A stretch of 64,000 bases of DNA. Source: Aureliella sp. (GTDB taxonomy: Bacteria > Planctomycetota > Planctomycetia > Pirellulales > Pirellulaceae). The first letter of the stretch is position 1. Every line of letters begins with the position of its first letter. The notes under the pieces are model-generated. The model saw nothing but the letters and a program-made list of their open reading frames with translations, was not told the origin of the DNA and did no database searches. The stretch lies in assembly GCA_963691875.1 (NCBI GenBank), contig OY829846.1, positions 4,448,001-4,512,000 of the forward strand, given 5' to 3'. Shown one piece after another: positions 9,228 to 18,275 of the stretch. Both the position numbers and the translations under genes were made by a program.

Positions 9228-11189
9228 TCATCTGGAGTCTCCTCTGCCTGTCCCTCGGGAATGAGTCAGTCCCTCTCCCACCCCAATAAGCAAACAGAAA
9301 AGTTCAATGGTCCAGCTCGTATTCAACATGGTGCCAAAAAGGCCGATCGCCAAGAAACCAATTATGCTCGTGATGATGGTCAACGAAAAACTACACCGTT
9401 GCCTAGCTGCCAATCGCCGTAATCGTTCGCTCAGCAATACAATTGGAATTGCCAAAGCAAGCACTCCAAGCATACCCATCTCGATGGCGATGTGGGACCA
9501 CAGGTTCTTTGCATGGTAAACCAAGTGGTCGTCGCTGGAGAAGAACCAGTGCTTGCTCCCTTGCGAGAAATCTCCGTTTTTGAGAACCGGCTTGCCACTC
9601 GCATCCCGAATCGAGATTTCCTCGATATCCAAGTATCTTAGTTTTCGTGACGAGGCACTGATACCGATCGTGATACGGCAATACTTGCGCCACTCAGGGC
9701 TGGTTTCTGAATTGATCACGTCGTTTGGCAGCTGCTGAAGCACATACTTGCGGCTCGACTTAGGGCCAACCTTTTCAGGGCTAACACAGTCATAGGATTG
9801 CAGTAGGCTCTTATGGCAAATCGATATGCTAGGTTCAATATCGCCTAAGTAATGAACCTCAATAGTCCAGGGAAGAGGCCTGCTAGCATCCAGCCGTTGC
9901 TCTAAGTAAGTCTTCTCTTGGCTGTGCAGGCGAACCGCAATACCTTGATCTGATTCCACCAAACCTATCGGAGTCTGAGGTCGATCGATGCTTGCTCGAA
10001 AAACACTCGGGTACGTTCCGAGACCATAGCCGAAGAGGATTTTCTCGTACGCTAACTCCTTTATCTTTTGAAGATGCTTTGTCCTAGTTTCAAAATCAAA
10101 CCCTATGCGATCAAATCTTCCAGGCAAGGCAGATCCAGCAATCCAAAGAAGCACTCCGAAGAAGACTATGAGCATGGCAATTCCGATACGCGGAAACTTC
10201 GGCTCAACTCGACCAATTGAGGTGGCCGTTTCTGATTGTTTGTTGAAAACAAAGATTCTTAGGACGGCGAGTGCGATAACGCTCGCAAATGTAAAGGCAA
10301 TGATCGCGCGAGACATGGTGACGAAGACTGTATAGATGCTGGTGATCTGCAGAATCCAAGCTAGGTATGTCTCAAATGATTGTTTCGACTGAAATTGGAA
10401 CACAAACGGAATGGCCAGAGCCCAGTAGGCATCAATATGTTGCCCTCCGATGTGCATACTATGAAACGGTCCGCTAACGCGTAGCACAACGTCAAAATCG
10501 AGCAGGCCAACTGACACAGCACGATCAAAAATCGAGGTGAGACAGACCCAAGCCGCTCCGATCTGCATTCCGCGAGAAAGAGCTCTCCAGTTTTCGCTAC
10601 GTGACTCTTGATCTCCGGAGAACGCGCGAAAGGCCAGCGGAAACAAGAGTGTACCGACTGTATACGCGAGAGTTATTCGCAAAGGATTTTGATGTGAAGC
10701 GTAGGTGCTAAGTGCATCTCCGGTTAGAGCTCCTGGCAACACCACGAATCCGCGAACGCCATTGATGATGAGCAGGCCGAGAAACGGCAGCCAACACACA
10801 AAAGAGACGCTCGGAGCCCAGTATTCGCAGTCTCGGTATAGAAGTCTCCCACCGATCATCGCAACTATGAGTATTTCTCTTTCTTGAACCAGCAACTCAC
10901 CCGTGTCGAGATAAAAGTCGCCAGCCACAAACGCGATTGGCGTCGCCAACAACCAGAAACGTGGTAATTTCCACGAAAGAAAGGCTGCGGCAACAGTAGT
11001 GGCAATGAGCGTCATAGGCTGTGCAACGTGACCGAATGCGAACCAAAGACTCAGCAAAAGGAGAGCTCCCCCCATTGCACGATTAGGTGTATTCAGTCGC
11101 TGACGAGGTTTCGTCTTGGGCATATGATAGTCGATCGTTTCGACGCTAGATTTGAATTCTGCTACCGCGTTGTATGGCCTGCCAGGCAC
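9228..11189 (-). CDS. O-antigen ligase-like membrane protein with an inserted periplasmic carbohydrate-binding-like domain
   Basis: Multi-TM protein with RVSGPFHSMHIGG, TMSRA, FGYGLGTYP, NGDFSQG..HWFF and HAKNLW.HI.IEMG.LG (Wzy_C-like His motif). Alternative start at 11123. Confidence 0.75.
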   Translation of the reverse strand: MPGRPYNAVAEFKSSVETIDYHMPKTKPRQRLNTPNRAMGGALLLLSLWFAFGHVAQPMTLIATTVAAAFLSWKLPRFWLLATPIAFVAGDFYLDTGELLVQEREILIVAMIGGRLLYRDCEYWAPSVSFVCWLPFLGLLIINGVRGFVVLPGALTGDALSTYASHQNPLRITLAYTVGTLLFPLAFRAFSGDQESRSENWRALSRGMQIGAAWVCLTSIFDRAVSVGLLDFDVVLRVSGPFHSMHIGGQHIDAYWALAIPFVFQFQSKQSFETYLAWILQITSIYTVFVTMSRAIIAFTFASVIALAVLRIFVFNKQSETATSIGRVEPKFPRIGIAMLIVFFGVLLWIAGSALPGRFDRIGFDFETRTKHLQKIKELAYEKILFGYGLGTYPSVFRASIDRPQTPIGLVESDQGIAVRLHSQEKTYLEQRLDASRPLPWTIEVHYLGDIEPSISICHKSLLQSYDCVSPEKVGPKSSRKYVLQQLPNDVINSETSPEWRKYCRITIGISASSRKLRYLDIEEISIRDASGKPVLKNGDFSQGSKHWFFSSDDHLVYHAKNLWSHIAIEMGMLGVLALAIPIVLLSERLRRLAARQRCSFSLTIITSIIGFLAIGLFGTMLNTSWTIELFCLLIGVGEGLTHSRGTGRGDSR

Positions 11190-11192
11190 GCT

Positions 11193-12614
11193 TTATGTTT
11201 CAGATTCACTCGATACGGATTTTTGGGTGAAGCTTGATTGATTAGATATTATGAGCTTCTCAAGTTGGCCCTTCAACTTCGCTTGGCTCGGCATAAGAAG
11301 TCGAAACGCGATAGTACCAATCAGCATCCCCAACGAGTAGGTTATCCAGTCTGTTGCATCTGGAACCAAAGGAGAAAGGAAGACTTGGCCCAGTTCGACG
11401 CCTAATCCCATTGCCGCACCGCCAAAAAACAAGGTTCCCCAAGGTGCATTCTTGAGTTTCGGGGATTCAGATGAAGGTTTCCTTCGGGATCTCCATCCGC
11501 AAATTAGAAATGCGAGCGTTCCGAACGCAATCCACTTCAACAAAATGTTTACCCCAGCGGCGAACTCACTGGAACGGTGAGCTCTTGCAAATGGAACAGT
11601 AAAGATGTCAATGGCGCGTTCTCGAAGCAATGCAGGTTCCGTAATTACGTGATCAAACCGCGACAAAAAAGCGATTGCCATCACGCCACACCAAGCGAAG
11701 ATTCCGAACAGCCAAAAGATACTTCTGTCGAAAGCTAGAAAACGAGACACAAGCGGTGCCAATCGTGTTGCGACGATGACACCTAAGATCGAAGCGATGA
11801 TATCGGTTGTTGCAAACTCACGGCTGTATATCGGTAGCTTCAGTGCCTCAACTATAACGGCCGCCACGATTCCGTGTCGCAATGCATAGCCTGAGCACCG
11901 GCAAATCGAAGCTACCATTGCAAATGGCACGATTCGCAGTCCGGGAACGATCAGCGATGCAAGCCATTTAAGTTGTGGCTTGAGTTCTGCTGGGAAGTCC
12001 TGAAAAGGCATGAACGAAAATCCGCCGTTCTGCGATTTTGCTTGAACCTCGCTCCAGTTAAGAATGACATCGAGTGGTAGCAGGCTGTACAGGCAGAGTG
12101 CGACTAATGACGCTTGGGCCATCCAAAACCATCGTTCCAGACCAGGGTCGTGTTCGAAAAAACGTTCTAATCCCTGGGCTAGCCGATGGCCGAGCGAGAG
12201 CCACAGCACTACGCCGCCCAGCGATCCGATCAGTCCAGCAAAGATGTCGTTCTGCGAAACGACTCGCGGTGGGAAGTAGACTTGGACCAACTCGATTCCG
12301 ACAACAATGGCTGACAAGGCAGTCACAATCAAAGGTGCGGCGGTCCATAGCCAGATCGACGACTTTCTGCGAAAGCCTATTGCACCGGCAGCAAAGAAGC
12401 CAGGCGGCAGCATGATCAAGCCATTCGCTACCCAGTCCGCTCGATTCCCAATCGTCAGGTTTAGCCATGGAATCTGCTGCCACCTCGAGACCGCTTCTTC
12501 CCATGGAAACTCCCTGTACCTCAACGGCACCAGTGAGGCGTAAACAACGAAGACAGTCGCCAGAAAAGCAAAGCCGAGCAGACTGCAGCGTATAAGCCTG
12601 GTGTTATCCTCCAT
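11193..12614 (-). CDS. VanZ family membrane protein (repeated VanZ-like units)
   Basis: YASLVP, DWVANGL...P.GF, IELVQVYFPPRV.S.NDI.A...G, and a second unit VELGQVFL.P.VPD.TD. Confidence 0.8.
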   Translation of the reverse strand: MEDNTRLIRCSLLGFAFLATVFVVYASLVPLRYREFPWEEAVSRWQQIPWLNLTIGNRADWVANGLIMLPPGFFAAGAIGFRRKSSIWLWTAAPLIVTALSAIVVGIELVQVYFPPRVVSQNDIFAGLIGSLGGVVLWLSLGHRLAQGLERFFEHDPGLERWFWMAQASLVALCLYSLLPLDVILNWSEVQAKSQNGGFSFMPFQDFPAELKPQLKWLASLIVPGLRIVPFAMVASICRCSGYALRHGIVAAVIVEALKLPIYSREFATTDIIASILGVIVATRLAPLVSRFLAFDRSIFWLFGIFAWCGVMAIAFLSRFDHVITEPALLRERAIDIFTVPFARAHRSSEFAAGVNILLKWIAFGTLAFLICGWRSRRKPSSESPKLKNAPWGTLFFGGAAMGLGVELGQVFLSPLVPDATDWITYSLGMLIGTIAFRLLMPSQAKLKGQLEKLIISNQSSFTQKSVSSESET

Positions 12615-12833
12615 TGCGATGTGGGCTCATTGTGTGAGTCGGAGCAGAACGTTTCTAAAGCTTGCGCTGTGAGAAGTGCGTGTAAATTGCGATTGAAAAG
12701 AGAAGCGACCGAACAGAGCAAGCGCCATCAGCAAAGCACTCAACGGGTCGAAGTTGTGAGACTGCTGTTCAGCTAACATCTTAATCATTTCTGCCCAGAG
12801 CGAGAACATGAAACTGAGCATTGGTCTCGTCTA

Positions 12834-13678
12834 TTACCCCGCAGATTCGAAGCGGTCAGCTGGCGATTTTTCAAGGCATTTGAGACATGTTGTCTCGATG
12901 TCCTGGTCAATCTCTGGTGTAAGTCGCCCTGGTGGCACTGGAAGTTGCTGCCTGACCGAGATGAGGAGATTGACCACGTTGCGGTCTCGGAGTGAGGGCC
13001 GTCCGGTCACCATTGTGTAGAGTACTGTACCGATTGTGTAGATATTAGTTTCGACTCCCACCTCATCTGGTGAACCAGTCGCTTGCTTAGGGGGCATGCA
13101 GCCATAGGCGCCTAGCATCACGCGTGTGGCGGTAATGGCTTCATTTGTGACGATGTATACCAATCGGAAGTTGACGAGTTTGAGTGAAACATCAGCAGAA
13201 ATCAAACCGTTGGCGGGCTTCACGTCGCGAAGCACCACACCTTTGCTATGTGCGTAGTCCACTGCCCGGGTGATCGCGAGTGGAATTTTGTAGCCAGCGT
13301 CGGACGCAATGGCATGTTTCCCGCCAACCCGTCAGCGAGCGATCTGCCGTCTATGAAAGCCATCAAAAAAGTGTTGACCATCAGCCTCGTCGACATGGTG
13401 TACCTCGACAATGCTCGGGTAATCTAGCTTTGCTGCCGCTCGAGCCGCGCGTTGAAACGCTCAAACTGCTTCTCAGAAGTAAGGCTACCAGCAAGGATCA
13501 TCTTTATTGCGACCAATCTATCGAGACTTCTTTGTCGTGCTTTATATACGACTACCATTCCGCCACGCGCGATTTCCCCGAGGATTTCCCGGTCTTGCAA
13601 CTCCAGATGGATTGAAGATGTCATCCTGTGTCTCGTCTTCCATTGAGGTGGTAGATGAAACCGTAGCTGTGTCTTCAT
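12834..13678 (-). pseudogene. degraded Hanks-type Ser/Thr protein kinase
   Basis: Three fragments: [27 protein letters not shown] (13424-13678), FLMAFIDGRSLAD (13220-13411) and YAHSKGVVLRDVKPAN...CLKCLEKSPADRF (12834-13262). Catalytic HRD is LRD and DFG is NFR. Confidence 0.9.
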
Positions 13679-13886
13679 TTACAGGGGCACTTATCGAGTT
13701 CGCTTGTTTTGGACCAGTTCGGCCAGCAGATCTGTTCCATACCTATGAACCATACAATCGTTGCAATCGTCAGATTCTCGCTACTGGCTTGCGCAAATGA
13801 ATTCGTCAACGACTGCTCTCGAGAGGTGTGAGCTAGTTTTGAGGTGAGTCCATTCGTGTGAATCAGACAGCAAAAGGTACGAGCTG

Positions 13887-15932
13887 GTGATTTCAGCAGA
13901 GCAAGCGATCGCAACAACAGGGTTCTCGTTGCCGGCCCAACAAATCTCCGGTGGCGGTAGATGTGAGCTCGATTTTGAAGTGCTTGACGAGATGCTTAAG
14001 GTAGCTTGCGCTGCTCCTTCAGCAGACAATAATCAGCCTTGGAAATTCGAAGCTGAAACCTCTCGGTTGACGGTACTGCATGACCAAGAGCGCCAACTGA
14101 GTTCTGACTTCAATCGAATGTTTGATCTGATGGCACTTGGATGTGCTGTTGAAAATATTGTTCAGCAAGCCGCTGCACGTGGGTATCGAACAAGAGTGAA
14201 TCTGAGCCCGTTGGGGGCATCAACGCCAGAACAGGAATGCGATCGTATAGCTGAGCTGACTTGGGAAAATGCCGAGTTGATCGAACACGAGGGGCTAGCA
14301 AATTGGATTTACGATCGAGAAACGAACCGAAACTCCTATTCGATCCAGCCCCTCGCAGGAAATGAAAGTGCCGAACTCAGCAAGTGTGTTACTCAGGGCG
14401 TAAAGCTTGACTGGATCGAGGATCGATCCCAACTTGCGAGTTTCGCAAATCTAATTGGTGAGTCGGATAAAATCCGGTTCATGTGTCGCGATTGTCATGA
14501 AGAGCTTCATTCGCAACTGCGGCTCAATTTGCCGGACGTAGCTTGCACGCGAGACGGATTAGACTACCGTACGCTAGGACTACCACAGGGTGGCCGATGG
14601 TTCTTAAGAGCGATAAAAAGCTGGAGTGTCGCGGGAGTTTTGAATCGATTGGGGCTTGCGAAGGCAATGACTCTGCCTGGCGTTCAGGTCGTTAGACAAA
14701 GCGCAGCGATTGGACTGCTCTCATTAGATTCTAGCGATCAGCAAGCGATGTTCGAGGGAGGCAGGGCCTTTCAACGACTATGGCTAACCGCAACGAAGTT
14801 GGGGCTGAGCCTCCAACCGCTCGCCAGTCTTCCAATGGTTCTGTCGAACAAGGAATTGCCAGAGGCAGCCTCAACACTCGTGGGGCGGGTTCGCGCCAGT
14901 GCGAAAAGGCAACTGCCTTTGGGCGGGCGTACTCTCTTGATGGCATTCCGGATTGGATACCCGAAACGAACTCCGCACGTGCGATCGCTGCGTCGTGACT
15001 TTCGCGAATCAGTCACCTATGAGACGCCGAGTGCGCGAGGTCACAAGTCGCTGACCGGTGGTGAAACTTGGACTTACAAAGAAGCGTTCAAGCGGAACTC
15101 AGGGTTGATCTCAGAAGAGTTACAAGAAAAGCTACGACGCTGCCGCGTGGCAATACCAGGCATGGGCGGCGTCGGCGGGGTCCATCTGATGACACTTGCA
15201 CGGCTGGGAGTCGGCGCCTTCACTATTGCGGATGCCGACGAGTTTGGGGTCGCGAACTTTAATAGGCAATACGGCGCCTCTATCCAGACAGTCGGCGATC
15301 AAAAAGCAGATACGATGTCGCGAATTGTTCAGCAAGTGAATCCTGAGGTGCGGCTCAATGTGCTAAAGAGCTTTGTCACGCCTGAGAATGTACATCGGTT
15401 CTTAGATGGCGTAGACGTCCTCGTGGATAGCGTGGACTTCTTCTCGATCGATGCTCGCCGACTCCTGTTTGCTGAGGCAAGACGCCGTGGGATATGGGCC
15501 ATCACTGCAGGGCCAATCGGTTTTAGCACTGCGTGGATGACCTTTGATCCAAACGGCATGAGCTTCGAAGAGTACTTTGCGATGGCTTCGAAGAAGACAA
15601 AAGTGGATCAACTCGTTTCCTTTGCCGTTGGTTTGACACCCCAGGCGACGCAAAGCAAATACATGGATCTGTCGAAGGTCGACCTGAATTCTGGTGCGGC
15701 TCCATCCGTTGGTCTTGCTTGCCAGCTTGCCAGCGGTGTAGCTGCTTCAGAGGTCGTTAAGATTCTCAGCGGCGAAGGAAATCTCCGGTCGGCGCCCTAC
15801 TACCAACAGTTTGACAGCCGCGACGTCAAGCTAAAGAAAGGCAAGTTGAGGTGGGGGAATCGAGGTCCACTCCAGCAAATCAAGCAGTTCGTTTTGAAAC
15901 GTATTTGTGCGCGGAATGGGGTTGCGAATTAG
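13887..15932 (+). CDS. nitroreductase-ThiF (E1-like adenylyltransferase) fusion, OxzB-like oxazolone synthetase candidate
   Basis: N-half has APSADNNQPWKF, GGRAFQRLWLTAT..GLSLQP and FRIGY (nitroreductase). C-half has AFKRNSGLI...Q.KLR..RVAI.GMGGVGG, DADEF...NFNRQ.GA and DSVDFF (ThiF). Confidence 0.9.
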   Translation: MISAEQAIATTGFSLPAQQISGGGRCELDFEVLDEMLKVACAAPSADNNQPWKFEAETSRLTVLHDQERQLSSDFNRMFDLMALGCAVENIVQQAAARGYRTRVNLSPLGASTPEQECDRIAELTWENAELIEHEGLANWIYDRETNRNSYSIQPLAGNESAELSKCVTQGVKLDWIEDRSQLASFANLIGESDKIRFMCRDCHEELHSQLRLNLPDVACTRDGLDYRTLGLPQGGRWFLRAIKSWSVAGVLNRLGLAKAMTLPGVQVVRQSAAIGLLSLDSSDQQAMFEGGRAFQRLWLTATKLGLSLQPLASLPMVLSNKELPEAASTLVGRVRASAKRQLPLGGRTLLMAFRIGYPKRTPHVRSLRRDFRESVTYETPSARGHKSLTGGETWTYKEAFKRNSGLISEELQEKLRRCRVAIPGMGGVGGVHLMTLARLGVGAFTIADADEFGVANFNRQYGASIQTVGDQKADTMSRIVQQVNPEVRLNVLKSFVTPENVHRFLDGVDVLVDSVDFFSIDARRLLFAEARRRGIWAITAGPIGFSTAWMTFDPNGMSFEEYFAMASKKTKVDQLVSFAVGLTPQATQSKYMDLSKVDLNSGAAPSVGLACQLASGVAASEVVKILSGEGNLRSAPYYQQFDSRDVKLKKGKLRWGNRGPLQQIKQFVLKRICARNGVAN

Positions 15933-15982
15933 CATCGCACCACTCCATTTCAGCCGCTATCAAAATCAGATGAGGATACGCG

Positions 15983-16882
15983 ATGCTTCCCTTCCTTCAA
16001 CTCGCTCCGTTGCTCTTCCAGCAGAACGTCGGGCGGCAACTTTTGTATCGAACACCTGAACCGGAAGAGCTTGTCGTTACGGATGGTGGAGATGCCGTCG
16101 CACAATACGACCAAGTGATGGCCACGAAACTTGCAATCAACTACGCGATTGGTGTCGAGTCCGTTTATCGTGCGCGTCAAAAGTCGAGTGGCGGGAATGC
16201 TCTTGATGTCGCGTGTGGGCCAGGGCATATGTCCCTATCGATGTTGAATCATTTGAGGTTGGACGGTCTCACTGGCTTGGATCTATCTGAACCCATGGTT
16301 GCTACGGCGACGAAGAATGCACGTGAACAAGGCTTTCAAGGGGCAAGCTTCGTTAGTGGCGATGCAACAGATCTGCCGTTTGAAGACTCACAGTTCGATC
16401 TGACTACGATGGTGGACGCGGCACACCACATGCCAACGATAGAGCATGTTTCAGAAGCCTTAGCGGAGATGGATCGAGTGACGCAGGAGGATGGTCTAGT
16501 TTTTCTAATGGACCTTGTCCGGCTACGTACCGAGAGCATAACAAAAAGATATGTCAGCGTTCTGGGAGCTGATTACGAGCAGCGGGGTCTTGAGAGCTTT
16601 CTTCAGCAGTTTCACGACTCTATGTTCGCTGCATGGACAGCTGACGAAATCATTTCAGCGATTCCCCAAACAACCGAACGGAATTGGTTCCTATTGATTC
16701 CGCGCGGCGTGCCTTTCGCCCAACTGCTATTCGGGGTTCCAAAAGGCCAATCTCACATATTCCTTAGAAGCGGAGCGCCTTGGGGCCCAAGTCTCCCGTT
16801 GCGCTCTGAAGAAGTTATGGAATACAAGCTCGCCCGCTTCGGAGTGAGTTTTGCGCAGAAAAAAACCCCTCAGAAGACCTGA
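15983..16882 (+). CDS. class I SAM-dependent methyltransferase
   Basis: ALDVACGPG, GLDLSEPMV and GDATDLPFEDSQFDL motifs. 50 bp downstream of the ThiF fusion, same strand. Confidence 0.9.
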   Translation: MLPFLQLAPLLFQQNVGRQLLYRTPEPEELVVTDGGDAVAQYDQVMATKLAINYAIGVESVYRARQKSSGGNALDVACGPGHMSLSMLNHLRLDGLTGLDLSEPMVATATKNAREQGFQGASFVSGDATDLPFEDSQFDLTTMVDAAHHMPTIEHVSEALAEMDRVTQEDGLVFLMDLVRLRTESITKRYVSVLGADYEQRGLESFLQQFHDSMFAAWTADEIISAIPQTTERNWFLLIPRGVPFAQLLFGVPKGQSHIFLRSGAPWGPSLPLRSEEVMEYKLARFGVSFAQKKTPQKT

Positions 16883-16890
16883 AGGGTTTT
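16859..16890 (-). terminator. intrinsic terminator of the PEP-CTERM gene (possibly bidirectional)
   Basis: Minus-strand RNA AAAACCCUUCAG-GUCUU-CUGAGGGGUUUUUUU forms a 12-bp stem (one G-U pair) ending in a U7 tract. It lies 28 nt after the PEP-CTERM stop and overlaps the convergent methyltransferase stop. Confidence 0.8.
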
Positions 16891-16917
16891 GTATCGTTTT
16901 CAGTTCTCACACGAAGC

Positions 16918-17766
16918 TTAGCTTCGGCGACGTCGCATTAGGCCTAAACCAAACACGCCCGCAAATGCCAGCAGGCTGGAAGGCTCTGGGACGGCGTAGA
17001 AGTAAACATCGCTGTCAGTGACGAAGTCGAATCCGCCAGCTCCACCTTGGCTCTCAAGTGCCCCCTGTAGCTGAAGGTCAGACGATCCAGTCAAGCCTAG
17101 AAAGTTGTGCTTGACAAAAGTTATACTCGAGGTCAGAGCTGTTTGGCTGATAACATCGAAACCTCCGAAGAAGTTCAGTGCATCGAGGTTGTTGGCGTTC
17201 GTCGCGTCATTCGTTCCGCCGGCGAAGTCAGTCGCAGTGCCACTAAATCCTACAGATGCATCAACCCCGAACCGGAAGAGCTCGTCACCTTCAGTGGCGG
17301 ACGCAACACCAGCCGCGACCGTGCTGTTTGTGATGTGCTCGCCCGGGTCAGAAGCAGGGTCCAAATAGGCAATCAACGCTGTGCCATCGACGGCTGTGAT
17401 ACCAGTGTGAGTCGACCAGGTTGCGGCATCTGCACCCGTCAGAACATAGTTTGCAATCGATCCACCAGCCTCAGTCGTAACACCAGTCACTGTCACGAGC
17501 GAAACCGCGGTGATTGCGTCAGTGGTAGGGTCTGCTGAAAAAACGAGGTTATTGGACGCGGCCAATCGAGTTCCTTCGAATTCGATAATTGCCAGTAAGT
17601 GGTCTCCAACATCCAGCGTCCCGTCACCGCCATCTAAAGCGACTTCGTAGTCAACGTCTTCAAGCTTGACGATTTCGTCCTGAAAAATACTTTCCAGAGC
17701 CCCAGCTTGAGCAGAAGTAGGCAATGTGAAAATGGCTAGCAAAGCAGCCAACTTATAAAATTTCAT
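16918..17766 (-). CDS. PEP-CTERM sorting domain-containing secreted protein
   Basis: Signal peptide MKFYKLAALLAIFTLPTSAQA, acidic Thr/Gly/Asp-rich body, C-terminal VPEPSSLLAFAGVFGLGLMRRRRS. Confidence 0.95.
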   Translation of the reverse strand: MKFYKLAALLAIFTLPTSAQAGALESIFQDEIVKLEDVDYEVALDGGDGTLDVGDHLLAIIEFEGTRLAASNNLVFSADPTTDAITAVSLVTVTGVTTEAGGSIANYVLTGADAATWSTHTGITAVDGTALIAYLDPASDPGEHITNSTVAAGVASATEGDELFRFGVDASVGFSGTATDFAGGTNDATNANNLDALNFFGGFDVISQTALTSSITFVKHNFLGLTGSSDLQLQGALESQGGAGGFDFVTDSDVYFYAVPEPSSLLAFAGVFGLGLMRRRRS

Positions 17767-17804
17767 CTCTTTAAATTCCAAATAAGAGCTAATAAATCAA
17801 AAGG

Positions 17805-18158
17805 TCAATCCATGGGACTGATGATTGGAATCTTGAGCAGCTCTATCGGAATAGGTTTGACGAAATAGCAATCCTCGGATGCAACATGAGGGTTAGATGC
17901 TTCGTTTATTTCCAATTTGTTTACAGTCGAATAGATCGCCGACACGCTGGATTGGACCTGGGGCGACGACGAAACGACGGTTAAATCGTTGTCCTGCTGA
18001 ATCACTGGGATAGGATCATCAGCCGGAATCTGCATACCTGAAGACGTGTTCTCGCAGGCTTCCCAACCCAAAAGCCCCACCCCTGCAAACGCAATATTCC
18101 CACTGCTTGCTACGAAGAGCAAGAAGAGAAAGCCGCGAATTGTGATTGGGTGGTTCAT
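17805..18158 (-). CDS. small secreted hypothetical protein directly upstream of the PEP-CTERM gene
   Basis: Signal-peptide-like N-terminus (RGFLFLLFVASSGNIAFA), Ser-rich low-complexity middle, Pro-rich C-terminus KPIPIELLKIPI. Confidence 0.6.
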   Translation of the reverse strand: MNHPITIRGFLFLLFVASSGNIAFAGVGLLGWEACENTSSGMQIPADDPIPVIQQDNDLTVVSSSPQVQSSVSAIYSTVNKLEINEASNPHVASEDCYFVKPIPIELLKIPIISPMD

Positions 18159-18275
18159 TGAGTCGCTACAGAATGATTCGACGGAAGATCTTAGCGTACT
18201 TGAACGAAACAGATTCTACAATTATTTGGGCTGTTATTTGGCAGATGCCTGGAAATTTTATTACTGGTCATTTGT

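Noticed and set aside
12627..12821. 64-aa ORF upstream of the VanZ gene
   Set aside because: No motif support. It may be leader sequence or the decayed tail of the kinase gene.
13675..15932. RiPP (azole/microcin C-like) interpretation of ThiF plus nitroreductase, with short nearby ORFs as precursors
   Set aside because: No YcaO, RRE, peptidase or credible precursor peptide is present. The OxzB-like reading fits better given the FeeM-type synthase.
18160..18275. Sigma-54 promoter expected upstream of PEP-CTERM genes
   Set aside because: No GG-N10-GC (TGGCAC-N5-TTGC) match was found on the minus strand.
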